Assembly (NCBI GenBank): GCA_035510735.1
Contig: DATKGN010000004.1
Coordinates: forward strand, 7,436 to 71,435
Direction: 5' to 3'
Source: Patescibacteria group bacterium
Lineage (GTDB): Bacteria > Patescibacteriota > Microgenomatia > UBA10105 > UBA927
DNA: 64,000 bases
Translations under genes and position numbers: made by a program
Notes under the pieces: model-generated
Told to the model about the DNA's origin: nothing
Databases searched by the model: none
Seen by the model: the letters and a program-made list of their open reading frames with translations, nothing else
Part shown: positions 10,517 to 20,165 of the stretch, in pieces
How the letters are laid out: each line of letters opens with the position of its first letter
How positions within the stretch are numbered: position 1 is the first letter of the stretch

Positions 10517-12018
10517 AAAAATATACACACGCTGCTCTTTTTATAATTCTCGCATTGTATGTCGGCTATATGTACCGGTACGCAGTTGATTTTAAACAGG
10601 CCATCATGGTGTCATTCGCGGTTACTGGTTTACTTTATATAATTACGAAAAATATATTATTTTCGTTGTTCTGTGTCGTATTAACATCGCTCCAATTTAC
10701 TTCTCCGGCGAAAGAGTCTTCCTTCGTCTACGCATATCCGCAGGAATATAGATATCCAATGATCCCCGGAGGAATTATTAACCGTATATATTTTACCGTA
10801 TCTGACATATGGGGATTATGGATAATCCTGTATTTTATTAACAGGACCATACACGTTATTATCAGGTCGGGTCGTGAAAAAGGTTTTACAATTATCGATC
10901 TGTGTAAAACTCCGCTGTATTGTGCAATTTTAGGCTCATGGATTGTCTATCTCGGATTGTCTTTTTGGGGCTCAATACAAAACTCGCTCTATCAAACATA
11001 TTCAGTAAACTATTTAGTCCATGAGATAAATATCATCGTACTATTTATCTGTACCGTCTACCTTCTGCTAAAAGAAAAGGGGGTGCTAAAATTTCTCTAC
11101 ATTCCGCTCACGGTTATAACAGGTTTTCAGATAGTAATCGGCTTCTTACAAGTGGGGACACTGGGAACGAACCTCGGATTTCTTCAACAACCAATTAACG
11201 CCGACACAGAACAGAGTTCTCTCATTTTTCGAATACGGGGACTCGTTGATGGGTTCGTCGATCCCAACGCATACGCGTATATGCTATCCGTTCTTTTAAT
11301 CCTCTTGTTCCCCTTTATACGAAAAACAAAATTTAATAGTGTGTTCGTATTCATCGTGTTACTCGGTGCACTAAATATTATATTTTCTCAAAGTAGAGCG
11401 GTTTGGCTTGGGACAGGAGCCGCAGCTATTTTCTTATACATTCTGGACAAACAACGGGCAAAAACTTTCGTCATAAAACATATAGTTCATATTCAAACAT
11501 ATCAGGTTGTTATATTTTTTATCGTCGTATGCATTGTTATTATCCCGAGAATAGTATCATCAATCATATATTTCCCTGATACAGGGGGTATTTTACGTCA
11601 GCGTATGATGCAGGACGGCTGGAAAATGCTTCAGATTTCGCCGTGGTTTGGCTTTGGCGCAGGGATGAACGTCAGAACCCTCCTGAATAATCTCCAAAAT
11701 GGATATATCAGTACATTTCCGTATCCGGTCCACTTCGCTTATCTGCAAATCGCCATGGAATCAGGTGTACCGGCGGCAATCGCATTTTTCATTCCGTATA
11801 TTCTCATAATCCGTGCGTTCATCATAACTTTTCATACGCGAAAAGGACGATCTGCCGAGATAGTAAGCAGTGTGTCGTGTATTTTAGTTACTCTCATATA
11901 TTTCTGTTTTCAACCTGCCCCCAACGCGTTTGAGCTTAGCATATCTGGTATAATCGTTGCGGTCGGTGCAGTATCAATCATGCGGGGACGAAACTCACAA
12001 AATTATGACGCGTATTAA
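10513..12018 (+). CDS. O-antigen ligase/polymerase-like (Wzy_C) membrane protein
   Basis: DPNAYA, SQSRAVW, PWFGFGAG, HFAYLQIAMESG. Start moved to ATG 10513, overlapping the upstream stop. Confidence 0.8.
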   Translation: MKKYTHAALFIILALYVGYMYRYAVDFKQAIMVSFAVTGLLYIITKNILFSLFCVVLTSLQFTSPAKESSFVYAYPQEYRYPMIPGGIINRIYFTVSDIWGLWIILYFINRTIHVIIRSGREKGFTIIDLCKTPLYCAILGSWIVYLGLSFWGSIQNSLYQTYSVNYLVHEINIIVLFICTVYLLLKEKGVLKFLYIPLTVITGFQIVIGFLQVGTLGTNLGFLQQPINADTEQSSLIFRIRGLVDGFVDPNAYAYMLSVLLILLFPFIRKTKFNSVFVFIVLLGALNIIFSQSRAVWLGTGAAAIFLYILDKQRAKTFVIKHIVHIQTYQVVIFFIVVCIVIIPRIVSSIIYFPDTGGILRQRMMQDGWKMLQISPWFGFGAGMNVRTLLNNLQNGYISTFPYPVHFAYLQIAMESGVPAAIAFFIPYILIIRAFIITFHTRKGRSAEIVSSVSCILVTLIYFCFQPAPNAFELSISGIIVAVGAVSIMRGRNSQNYDAY

Positions 12019-12856
12019 TCATGGCATCAGTCGTTGGTTCAGAAAGCTTCATCCGATTGACGTCGCGTTTATCGCCGCAGGAATCATTTTTTTAGGAGTA
12101 TTTTATATTTCCTTTCGTCGGGATGTTGCATCAATTGCTATCCGGATAATGGTAGTAAATGATAATATCGTCTACTCTGATACTGCGCCGAATAATCTGT
12201 CTGTTCCTGCATTTACCGTTGGTGACGTTGAAAGAGATGAATTGGGCCGGGTTGATTCAACAATCACAAATGTTGAATCGTACAGAATGACACCGGATCA
12301 GCGGGTAACGTACCTCGATATAAACACTAAAGCCACATATGACCCACGAAAGCGTACATATTCAATTCACGGCGAGGATATACTTTTCGGCCAAACACTT
12401 ACGTTTTCCTTTTCGCACATATATTTTAAGGGTGTCGTTGTTAGTTTACCGGGATTGCAAAAACCATTTGATATCAAGTTAAAACACACCATTGTAAAGG
12501 CGAAAAACGTAAGCGGGGGGAATCAGCAATATAGTATTTCCGGGGTACCGGACTATATTGCCGCCGCGGTAAATCCGGGAGACCAGGTTGTTGACGGCCG
12601 GGGAAATGTACTTGCAAAAATACTCGATGTCAGCGTTGTGCCCGCAAAAAGGGTCACAGAAACGAGTGACGGACAGGCACTCGTAGTAAACGATCCGGAA
12701 TTTAAAGATGTGTATTATACGATAGATCTTGCCACACAAAAACTTAACGGCAGTGTCTATATGTTCGACTACAATCCTGTATTAGTCGGGGAAACGGTGC
12801 CCATATTTACAAACAATATAACCATCTGGCCAACGATAACGGAAATCGTTCAGTAA
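12005..12856 (+). CDS. Membrane-anchored hypothetical protein with two beta-rich repeats (DUF4330-like)
   Basis: N-terminal TM and two similar blocks (VGD..G.I.NV and PGDQV.DG.G..A.I.DV). The family call is from recall only. Confidence 0.45.
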   Translation: MTRINHGISRWFRKLHPIDVAFIAAGIIFLGVFYISFRRDVASIAIRIMVVNDNIVYSDTAPNNLSVPAFTVGDVERDELGRVDSTITNVESYRMTPDQRVTYLDINTKATYDPRKRTYSIHGEDILFGQTLTFSFSHIYFKGVVVSLPGLQKPFDIKLKHTIVKAKNVSGGNQQYSISGVPDYIAAAVNPGDQVVDGRGNVLAKILDVSVVPAKRVTETSDGQALVVNDPEFKDVYYTIDLATQKLNGSVYMFDYNPVLVGETVPIFTNNITIWPTITEIVQ

Positions 12857-14097
12857 TCCTTGTTTGCATACTGTTGAAATAAATTAATCAACTTGTCTGA
12901 TACATCATCTGCTTCATAATTTTCAAGAATAGTTTTCCGCGCTTGTTCCCCCATGGCATGTCGCACCCGTGGTGGCAACCGGACAACGTTCTCTATTGCA
13001 TGTACCAATGAATCCGGACCGCTATTTTTTAGTAAAAACCCGTTTTTCTCATCCTGAATGACTTCGCGTATGCCGCCAAAATCCGGTGTAATCACGATTA
13101 GTTTCATGGCCATCGCTTCTTTTACTGCATTCGGTTGCATGTCTCTATCGCCCTGAGCATCAACAACAGAGGGCAATACAAAAACGTCAGCGGCATCAAG
13201 CAAACGGACGAACCGCGGGGTATGGGCAATTGGGCCTAATAGTGTAACAATCCCAGTTAAATGTAACGACCGTATCAACTGAAGCAATTCATGTGTCTTT
13301 GACCCATATCCGATGATCTGACAGTTTATATGTATATCCTTCTTTGTTAACGTATCAATGGCGTATATGAGCCGATCAAAACCTTTCATTTCTTCAATTC
13401 TTGCAACACTGATAATACGAAGTGCCCCGATAATTTTATATTTTGAGGGCTTTTTTTTTGGCTGAAAAAAAGCTGTATCTATACCGGTAGAAGATATTAC
13501 ATACATTTTCTTTATTACTGCCGGCGCGGCGTGCAGATAGTTTATTGCAACCATTTTCGAATAGTAAGATTGAAAGACAGAAAAATCTGTCATACTAATC
13601 TTTTCACGAAGATAGCTTTTGTCTGCAAACAAACCGTGTGTGTGGAAAATAACACCAGCGGGAATTCCGCTTAATAGTCCACAAAATAATCCGATAACAG
13701 AAATTCCTTCAGCGTCGTGAATAAATAGAAGTGAAACTTTATTCTGTTTTAACGATTTAATGAGAAGCGTTGCGCGGATAAAATAACGGATGTTAGGAGT
13801 TGATGATATAGAAATAAGGACACGAAAGGCTTTTACATATCTGGCGGGCGACCGAAGTAATAATATCAATTGGGTTTTACAAATTAGCCATGGGTGTGTG
13901 AGCAGTTTTTCTAAATAATTTATATGAAATTTCGTAAAGTGCAGTGTTCGGACTCTTGGTTGCACCGGACGAGCCATCCCGTGTTCTTCAAAATATATAG
14001 CACCGCCTATGCCACGCGCCTGGAGGTAATATAACTCATTAATAACAAACGTTTCGTTAAATGCAGGATATTCAGATAAAAAATAGGCAACTCTCAT
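12850..14097 (-). CDS. GT4 glycosyltransferase (WcaL-like)
   Basis: YPAFNETFVINE, SVARIEEMKG, DVFVLPS, EAMA. Confidence 0.88.
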   Translation of the reverse strand: MRVAYFLSEYPAFNETFVINELYYLQARGIGGAIYFEEHGMARPVQPRVRTLHFTKFHINYLEKLLTHPWLICKTQLILLLRSPARYVKAFRVLISISSTPNIRYFIRATLLIKSLKQNKVSLLFIHDAEGISVIGLFCGLLSGIPAGVIFHTHGLFADKSYLREKISMTDFSVFQSYYSKMVAINYLHAAPAVIKKMYVISSTGIDTAFFQPKKKPSKYKIIGALRIISVARIEEMKGFDRLIYAIDTLTKKDIHINCQIIGYGSKTHELLQLIRSLHLTGIVTLLGPIAHTPRFVRLLDAADVFVLPSVVDAQGDRDMQPNAVKEAMAMKLIVITPDFGGIREVIQDEKNGFLLKNSGPDSLVHAIENVVRLPPRVRHAMGEQARKTILENYEADDVSDKLINLFQQYANKDY

Positions 14098-14098
14098 A

Positions 14099-15190
14099 TC
14101 ATCTGTTTTTACGATTTAAGAGAGCATTTTGTATATACAGACCCATATGCTTATGAAAATTTGCTTCACTATAATGCTCCGCGTGACGACGAATGAATAT
14201 CGGATTAAACCGTTTTGGATTAAACGTCTCGAGCACTGTCACGAGGGCTGCGACGGAATGTTCCGAATAAAAGACGCCGGTTTTTTTATCAATAACCGTT
14301 TCCTTCACGCCCCCGCCGCAATAAGCAATCACGGGCACTCCATGTGCCATTGCCTCAACCGGAGTAATTCCAAAGTCTTCACTCCGCGCTGTAAATAGTA
14401 ACGCAATCGCGTGTCGGTATAATTCTAGTTGCTGGGCATCATCCTGAAATCCTAAAAATTCTATTGTCGGACCTGCAATGTGCCGGAGATACCGTTCGTA
14501 TTGAACATCTATGGATACGCCTGCTATTTTAAGGCGCACACGCAAAACATTGCATGCATGAATCGCAATCTCAATTTCTTTTGAGGCATCAATGCGGGAA
14601 ATTATTACATAATACAAACCCTGTCTGGTTTGATGATACTGCGCTGGAATAATGACGGGGGGATAAATAACTTCCGATGATACACCACAAACATTCCCCA
14701 AAGATTGTTGAATATGTTTTGAACAAACGATAATATTTTTGTATTTTCGGAGACTTTTCTTGTATAAACGGGCCAACATCGGAGAGAGGGGAAGAATCAT
14801 CTGAATTTGAGTCTTTGGCCCCAGGTGAAACAAATTTTTCGGTAGCCCATGAATATATTGTATGTGCACGGGGTGTTCAACTTCGATTATATTGGACAAT
14901 AAATAAGCAGAACTTGATATCACAACGTCGTACTGTTCTAAATGGAGACGCCTCCAAACTAAGGGCGCCAGAAACTGAAAAAGGTACGCGTGTTGCGCCG
15001 CGGGGACTCGCTGGAATGGAGAACAAAATAAGTTTGTTTTTGACAATAAAGGAAAACGAGCCTCGACCATTGCATCGTCTTTGTAAGATGTGTAGACATG
15101 CGCTTTCGGATACAACCGGAGAAGCGATTGCAATACGCGTTCCGCTCCGCCAAATTCTACCAACACATCATGGACAATGGCGATTTTCAT
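14099..15190 (-). CDS. GT4 glycosyltransferase (WbaZ-like)
   Basis: KIAIVHD...GGAERV, EDFGITPVEAMAHGVPVIA. ATG 15190 preferred over TTG 15199. Confidence 0.88.
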   Translation of the reverse strand: MKIAIVHDVLVEFGGAERVLQSLLRLYPKAHVYTSYKDDAMVEARFPLLSKTNLFCSPFQRVPAAQHAYLFQFLAPLVWRRLHLEQYDVVISSSAYLLSNIIEVEHPVHIQYIHGLPKNLFHLGPKTQIQMILPLSPMLARLYKKSLRKYKNIIVCSKHIQQSLGNVCGVSSEVIYPPVIIPAQYHQTRQGLYYVIISRIDASKEIEIAIHACNVLRVRLKIAGVSIDVQYERYLRHIAGPTIEFLGFQDDAQQLELYRHAIALLFTARSEDFGITPVEAMAHGVPVIAYCGGGVKETVIDKKTGVFYSEHSVAALVTVLETFNPKRFNPIFIRRHAEHYSEANFHKHMGLYIQNALLNRKNR

Positions 15191-15195
15191 TTGCT

Positions 15196-16275
15196 TCAAC
15201 GTCTAATAACACCTTCTATATAATGCTTCATCTCCCGCTCAAAACGCTCGCGATGGAATTGTTTTGCGTAATCATACAGTGAGGTTGGAATAAATTGTTG
15301 GGGTTTCAGGTTCTGCATGGTATGCACAAGTGCCTCTATAGTATATGAATAAAAAAATAATCCCGTTTTCCGGTTCTTGAGCGTCTCCTTCGCTCCGCCG
15401 CCATAATGTGCAATTACTGGGACGCCATAAGAAATAGCCTCGAGGGGGGCGATACCAAAATCCTCCTCTTTCGGCGTAAACAAAAAAGCTATCGCGTTTT
15501 TGTATAGGTGATGAATTTTTTTATCGGACAGGCGTCCTGTAAATTCGATCGTCGGTCCCGCCAGACTATACAGATGTTGGATATATCTTCCGTCGCTTCC
15601 CGCTCCGACTATCTTTAGAGGCGCCCTCATTCTATTACACGCACTTATCATTAATTCGAGTCCCTTCGTGTTATCAAGTCGGGAAACCGCAATATAGTAG
15701 TCTCCCTTATTATGTAGGGCGGGGTGGGGCGGGATAATCACCGGAGGATATATAACTTCAGACGGTACACCGCAAATACTCCTCATAGTTTGTTGCATAT
15801 GTTTTGAGTTAACAATGATATTCTGGTACCGTCGAAGGCTTTTTATATACGACCATGCCAATATGGACGTAAGTGGGAGTAGTTTTTGAATTTTCGTTTT
15901 TGGACACAGGTTAAACAAATTTTTCGGGGGACAGTGAATATATTGAATATGAACCGGGTGTTTAACGTTGATCGTGTTAGATAACCAAAAGGCGGAGCTC
16001 GATATAACAACGTCATATTGTTCTAAGTGAAGTCTACCCCAAATCAAAGGCGCAAGGAACTGAAAGAGATACCCATATTTGCCCAACCGTAGCGTTTGAA
16101 TAGGGGAGCAGTGGAGGTTATTTTTATTTAACGGCGGAAAAAACTCCCGCACCATCACCTCATCTTTGTAGGCGGTATATACATGGGCTGTAGGATACAA
16201 CCGCAAGAATGACTGTAACACGCGCTCAGCTCCGCCATATTCGACCAGGACATCGTGGATGATAGCAACGCGCAT
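15196..16275 (-). CDS. GT4 glycosyltransferase (WbaZ-like), tandem paralog
   Basis: RVAIIHD...GGAERV, EDFGIAPLEA. Colinear with 14099-15190. Start moved to ATG 16275. Confidence 0.88.
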   Translation of the reverse strand: MRVAIIHDVLVEYGGAERVLQSFLRLYPTAHVYTAYKDEVMVREFFPPLNKNNLHCSPIQTLRLGKYGYLFQFLAPLIWGRLHLEQYDVVISSSAFWLSNTINVKHPVHIQYIHCPPKNLFNLCPKTKIQKLLPLTSILAWSYIKSLRRYQNIIVNSKHMQQTMRSICGVPSEVIYPPVIIPPHPALHNKGDYYIAVSRLDNTKGLELMISACNRMRAPLKIVGAGSDGRYIQHLYSLAGPTIEFTGRLSDKKIHHLYKNAIAFLFTPKEEDFGIAPLEAISYGVPVIAHYGGGAKETLKNRKTGLFFYSYTIEALVHTMQNLKPQQFIPTSLYDYAKQFHRERFEREMKHYIEGVIRR

Positions 16276-16280
16276 AATTT

Positions 16281-17168
16281 TTATTGTTGAAGGGTTTTCC
16301 AGTACCAATAATATATCCAGCCGATTTTATAAAAAAAGGGATAAATACTAAGCGTTATCACAAAAAGGACTCTTTTGTATAAAGACGGCAATATAAATAC
16401 TGCCTGTTTTATACATTGTATTTTAACCGTTACCGGCACTTTGTGGGGAGCAGAATGAACATTAATATGTTTTTTATCTAATGAGTAGTGATTGCTGAAC
16501 CCTGTATATATATTTCTCATCACAAGAGATATAAACGAATTTCTGGGTTGATACAACGCACCAATAGTTTCATCATAAAACATGCCATATTTCATACGAT
16601 AAAGCTGCATACCGATATCTATATCATCATCATTAAATATTTTCGGCGCCTGTATATCGAAAACAATGTGGTCAAATATTTTTTTGCGAAAACACACAAT
16701 ATCAAAATGTAGGACCATGCCACCCGAAAAACGTCTAAGTGATCGGTGATCATAAAAATGCTCTTTCATCCAAATGACATAAAAATAGTGTTGTACTTGT
16801 GCGTATATATTAAACGGGCAACTATTTACCAAATCTCCCATCACAAGATCAACCCGTGGATTTCCGACAAAATGCAAAAGAAATTTTTCCGTCGTGTTAT
16901 CGGTAATTATGCAATCGTCGTCGACAAACATAACTAAATCTCCGCTCGCGACACGGACTCCTTTGTCTCTTGCTTGTGGAACGGTCAATGACGTATGAAC
17001 GTATACAACCCGAATATTTTTAGGCACCCTGGGCACCTGCATTCTATGTGTTGATGAATCGATAATGATAATTTCGTCCGGGGGCCGTTGCTGCAACAAA
17101 ACACTCTCAAAACAGAGCATGAATAATTCATATCTATCCTTCGTTACAATGCAAACGCTTAACTTCAT
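16281..17168 (-). CDS. GT2 glycosyltransferase
   Basis: SVCIVTKDR, EIIIID, FVDDDC, DDIDIG. Confidence 0.85.
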   Translation of the reverse strand: MKLSVCIVTKDRYELFMLCFESVLLQQRPPDEIIIIDSSTHRMQVPRVPKNIRVVYVHTSLTVPQARDKGVRVASGDLVMFVDDDCIITDNTTEKFLLHFVGNPRVDLVMGDLVNSCPFNIYAQVQHYFYVIWMKEHFYDHRSLRRFSGGMVLHFDIVCFRKKIFDHIVFDIQAPKIFNDDDIDIGMQLYRMKYGMFYDETIGALYQPRNSFISLVMRNIYTGFSNHYSLDKKHINVHSAPHKVPVTVKIQCIKQAVFILPSLYKRVLFVITLSIYPFFYKIGWIYYWYWKTLQQ

Positions 17169-17227
17169 ACGATTGTTCCGTAACGGGAGCGTGATAACGG
17201 CAGGTTTTCTGGCCCAAAAGAGGACAT

Positions 17228-18214
17228 TTAAACCCTCAATTGTTTCGCTATTTCTTTTATCGTTTCGGACGCCACATAAAGCTTATTTTTCTTTATTTCG
17301 TCTTTTGCTGTACACACAATCCAACAATCATTGCAGTTGTGTGCGAGAGGGATGAGCTTGTTTTTTGCCTGGGATGTCCATATTTCATCAAACGACTGAT
17401 TCCGAAGGTTTCCGATAGGCCACATTTTTAAATGACACATAAACACGCTGCCGAATGGGTCCATATAAAAAAAGTTTTCTCCAGCTCCGCAGGGGAGCGC
17501 ACGGTGATGTGACATCATATAATAATATGACTGTTTATTAAACCACGCTTTTGCCCATTCTTTCGGATTCACGGATTGCAGCTGACGCAAAAATAGCCAT
17601 TCAAACAGGTATTTGACCTCGGGGGGGTCCGGCCGCAACCGTTCCTTCTTTGTACCGAAATATACGGGAGAGTCGTGCACGACGTTTAACGAAAATTGTA
17701 TGCGTTGTGACTTGCTGTATTGATATACCTGTTGCAATTCGTGCTTATTTTGTTTCATGAGTGTATAAATTATGCCGATGTCTTTAACGTGTTTACGCTT
17801 CAACAAATCTACGGTATGCATAACTTTTTGAAATGCCTTGGGGACGCGGCGAATCTTCTCGTGCATCTCTGGCCCTCCGTCGAGTGATAAACGAAACGCG
17901 ATGTTTGGGTCGGCGACCATAATATCATCGATCTGTTTTTCTATGTTGTGATGCAAAAAACCGTTCGTTGTAATAAGGATTCGCGCCTTTGGACAGGACG
18001 TCCTGACCGTGCGAACGATTGAAGCCATATCCGGTCTCAGAAATGGCTCTCCGCCGGTCAAGTCAACCATTCTAAGAGATGGCGGAAGTTTTTTATACAC
18101 ATCGACCGGTAAAAAATCTATCCCCCGGTGTTTCCAGATGTCACACATCACGCACCGCGCATTACAAAGAAGGGTTACTGCGATAAATGCGCTTGTTGGA
18201 TACGCCTTATTCAT
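17228..18214 (-). CDS. Radical SAM protein with SPASM/twitch domain
   Basis: CNARCVMC (CxxxCxxC), TGGEPFLR, and C-terminal CGAG...C...CNDCWIVC. Confidence 0.9.
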   Translation of the reverse strand: MNKAYPTSAFIAVTLLCNARCVMCDIWKHRGIDFLPVDVYKKLPPSLRMVDLTGGEPFLRPDMASIVRTVRTSCPKARILITTNGFLHHNIEKQIDDIMVADPNIAFRLSLDGGPEMHEKIRRVPKAFQKVMHTVDLLKRKHVKDIGIIYTLMKQNKHELQQVYQYSKSQRIQFSLNVVHDSPVYFGTKKERLRPDPPEVKYLFEWLFLRQLQSVNPKEWAKAWFNKQSYYYMMSHHRALPCGAGENFFYMDPFGSVFMCHLKMWPIGNLRNQSFDEIWTSQAKNKLIPLAHNCNDCWIVCTAKDEIKKNKLYVASETIKEIAKQLRV

Positions 18215-18279
18215 ACATATATGATGACAATAAAACTATGAACATTATAAATTATTAAAATGTAATCTTACCAACGCTC

Positions 18280-18765
18280 CTATAATAGGTTTACCTTTGT
18301 CAGACCATGGAGGTATGTAATCAACCTCGGCAAAGACCCGCGGCCCGACGATGAACGGCGGGGCTTTTGTCGCCGACAGAGCATGGCGGCGCAACTGATT
18401 ACCGGGAATACAAGCCCCCGTTTTTTAAGTATGTCACAATAAAACACCTGATGATCATTCACGTGTTCACCAAATTTTTTTTCACGGGGCAACACAAAAG
18501 GAATTTTTCCGGCAGCAATGGCCTGATATATTGTTGCCGGCCCGCCCTGACAAACCACAACCCGAGCTTTCTGTATATATCGCTGCATTCGCTGAAATGG
18601 AAGCGTCTGATAGAGGAAAACGTTTTTACCGGAAAGCGTGCAAGCGGTATCCCCATGTTGGAAAATAATGGCTTCATTGTGTTTTCGGATAAGTATAAGC
18701 TGTTCGACAAGATCTACCATCCGCCGGAAGGGGAATGGGGTAGTGCCAACGGTAATTAATATCAT
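18280..18765 (-). CDS. PssE/Cps14G (Alg13-like) glycosyltransferase subunit
   Basis: MILITVGT..FPF.R, GGPAT, PREKKFGEHVNDHQ. Confidence 0.88.
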   Translation of the reverse strand: MILITVGTTPFPFRRMVDLVEQLILIRKHNEAIIFQHGDTACTLSGKNVFLYQTLPFQRMQRYIQKARVVVCQGGPATIYQAIAAGKIPFVLPREKKFGEHVNDHQVFYCDILKKRGLVFPVISCAAMLCRRQKPRRSSSGRGSLPRLITYLHGLTKVNLL

Positions 18766-19220
18766 AAGGTAGCACCTGTATATTTCCCGCGCTTGTAAAA
18801 CGCAAGTTGGCGTCTGCTCTGGACTAATAACACATCGACAATCGGTTCGACTAGCTTTCCCGAAACACTCGGATACCGAACAAAATCAAAAGGCTCAATA
18901 AATACCAGCCTAACGCCGAAAAGCTTGCCGATATAAAAAAAGGGCGGGGCGATGCCTGCGCCGCAGCTGATGAGAAGCGTGGGTTTTTCTTTTACTATGA
19001 CGCGCACCGCAATACCTATATTGCGAAGCGCATTAATAATATTTCTCGACTCTGGGTAATGTGCATAATAAATTCGCTCATTTTTTAACATGGAAACGAC
19101 ATCTTCCCCCGGAAACGTTACCCAAAAACGGCTGTATGTTTTCCACCAGGGCCTAAGCCGGAACATCTGATACAGATGGCCCCCGCGTGAGGTGATGATA
19201 CCTATTTTTGGTGCGTCCAT
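18762..19220 (-). CDS. PssD/Cps14F (Alg14-like) glycosyltransferase subunit
   Basis: SRGGHL, FWVTF, ISCGAGIA.PF, FIE. Start moved to ATG 19220. Confidence 0.88.
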   Translation of the reverse strand: MDAPKIGIITSRGGHLYQMFRLRPWWKTYSRFWVTFPGEDVVSMLKNERIYYAHYPESRNIINALRNIGIAVRVIVKEKPTLLISCGAGIAPPFFYIGKLFGVRLVFIEPFDFVRYPSVSGKLVEPIVDVLLVQSRRQLAFYKRGKYTGATL

Positions 19221-20092
19221 GTGGTCATATGGTACGTCCATACACGAACAACCGCAAGCACAATATATAAACAAGGCAACATGAAAAAGTACGTTATCTG
19301 GAACGATGTAAGGTAGAACAGCTCTCTCCTCACGGCGCTTTGGATATGGAGGATAATTTTTTTTATATACACTTCACGAAGAGAGTCTGCCCCTGGCGCT
19401 CTGAGGGCCAACAACGCCTCACTCATCGCAATGCGACGGTGTTGATCTACAAACCCCGCAAACGTCTTACGTTCGTGGTGATATGCGACAATAGACGGAT
19501 CATAGACAATTTGGACTCCTTTTCTTCGCAGACGAAGCCCCAGCTCTATATCCTCAGATCCAACAGAGAGCTGTTGGGGAAACCCCCCGCTTGCTAACCA
19601 CACGCTCCGCGGCATGGAGGCGTTTTTATTATCGAACGTCCGCATAAAAGGGGCGCTTGTTGTGTTTGCAGAAATCCAATTAACATAATGATCGCCCATC
19701 ACATCGACGTAAATATTGCCGCGCGGGATACTTATTGTTCTTCCTTGCGCTACGCGCGCGGCGTTTTGTTCATCGTGGACCCGCCTGACATGAGATACAA
19801 AATTCTTCCCCGCAATACAATCATCGTCTAAAAAAACAATAATCTTTTTAGCGCTTTTAGAAACTGCTGTATTATAGAGCTTCGGATATCCCTGAACATC
19901 CGTCATAAAATAGCGGATGGTGAAAAATCGCTTAAATGAATTAACCACATCTCGTGTATTATCCGTCGACGCATTATCAAGCACTATTAATTCGTCATCA
20001 CGTTTCAGCTGTCCGACGAGAGATTGGAGGCACAGCCGCAAAAGCGGTGCCCTGTTTTTTGTTAGCGTAATAATCGAAACGGAAACATCCAT
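19202..20092 (-). CDS. GT2 glycosyltransferase
   Basis: VLDNASTDNT, FLDDDC, SEDIELGLRL. Confidence 0.87.
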   Translation of the reverse strand: MDVSVSIITLTKNRAPLLRLCLQSLVGQLKRDDELIVLDNASTDNTRDVVNSFKRFFTIRYFMTDVQGYPKLYNTAVSKSAKKIIVFLDDDCIAGKNFVSHVRRVHDEQNAARVAQGRTISIPRGNIYVDVMGDHYVNWISANTTSAPFMRTFDNKNASMPRSVWLASGGFPQQLSVGSEDIELGLRLRRKGVQIVYDPSIVAYHHERKTFAGFVDQHRRIAMSEALLALRAPGADSLREVYIKKIILHIQSAVRRELFYLTSFQITYFFMLPCLYIVLAVVRVWTYHMTTWTHQK

Positions 20093-20165
20093 AGCGAGCG
20101 AAGCTATTATACAACGCGCTTGTCTGCCGCTGACGGGATGATAAGTGTGGATACCATGCGTTTAT

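Noticed and set aside
13451-13472. Homopolymer runs as phase-variation switches in a GT4 gene
   Set aside because: A/T runs of this length are common in this AT-rich region and the frame is intact.
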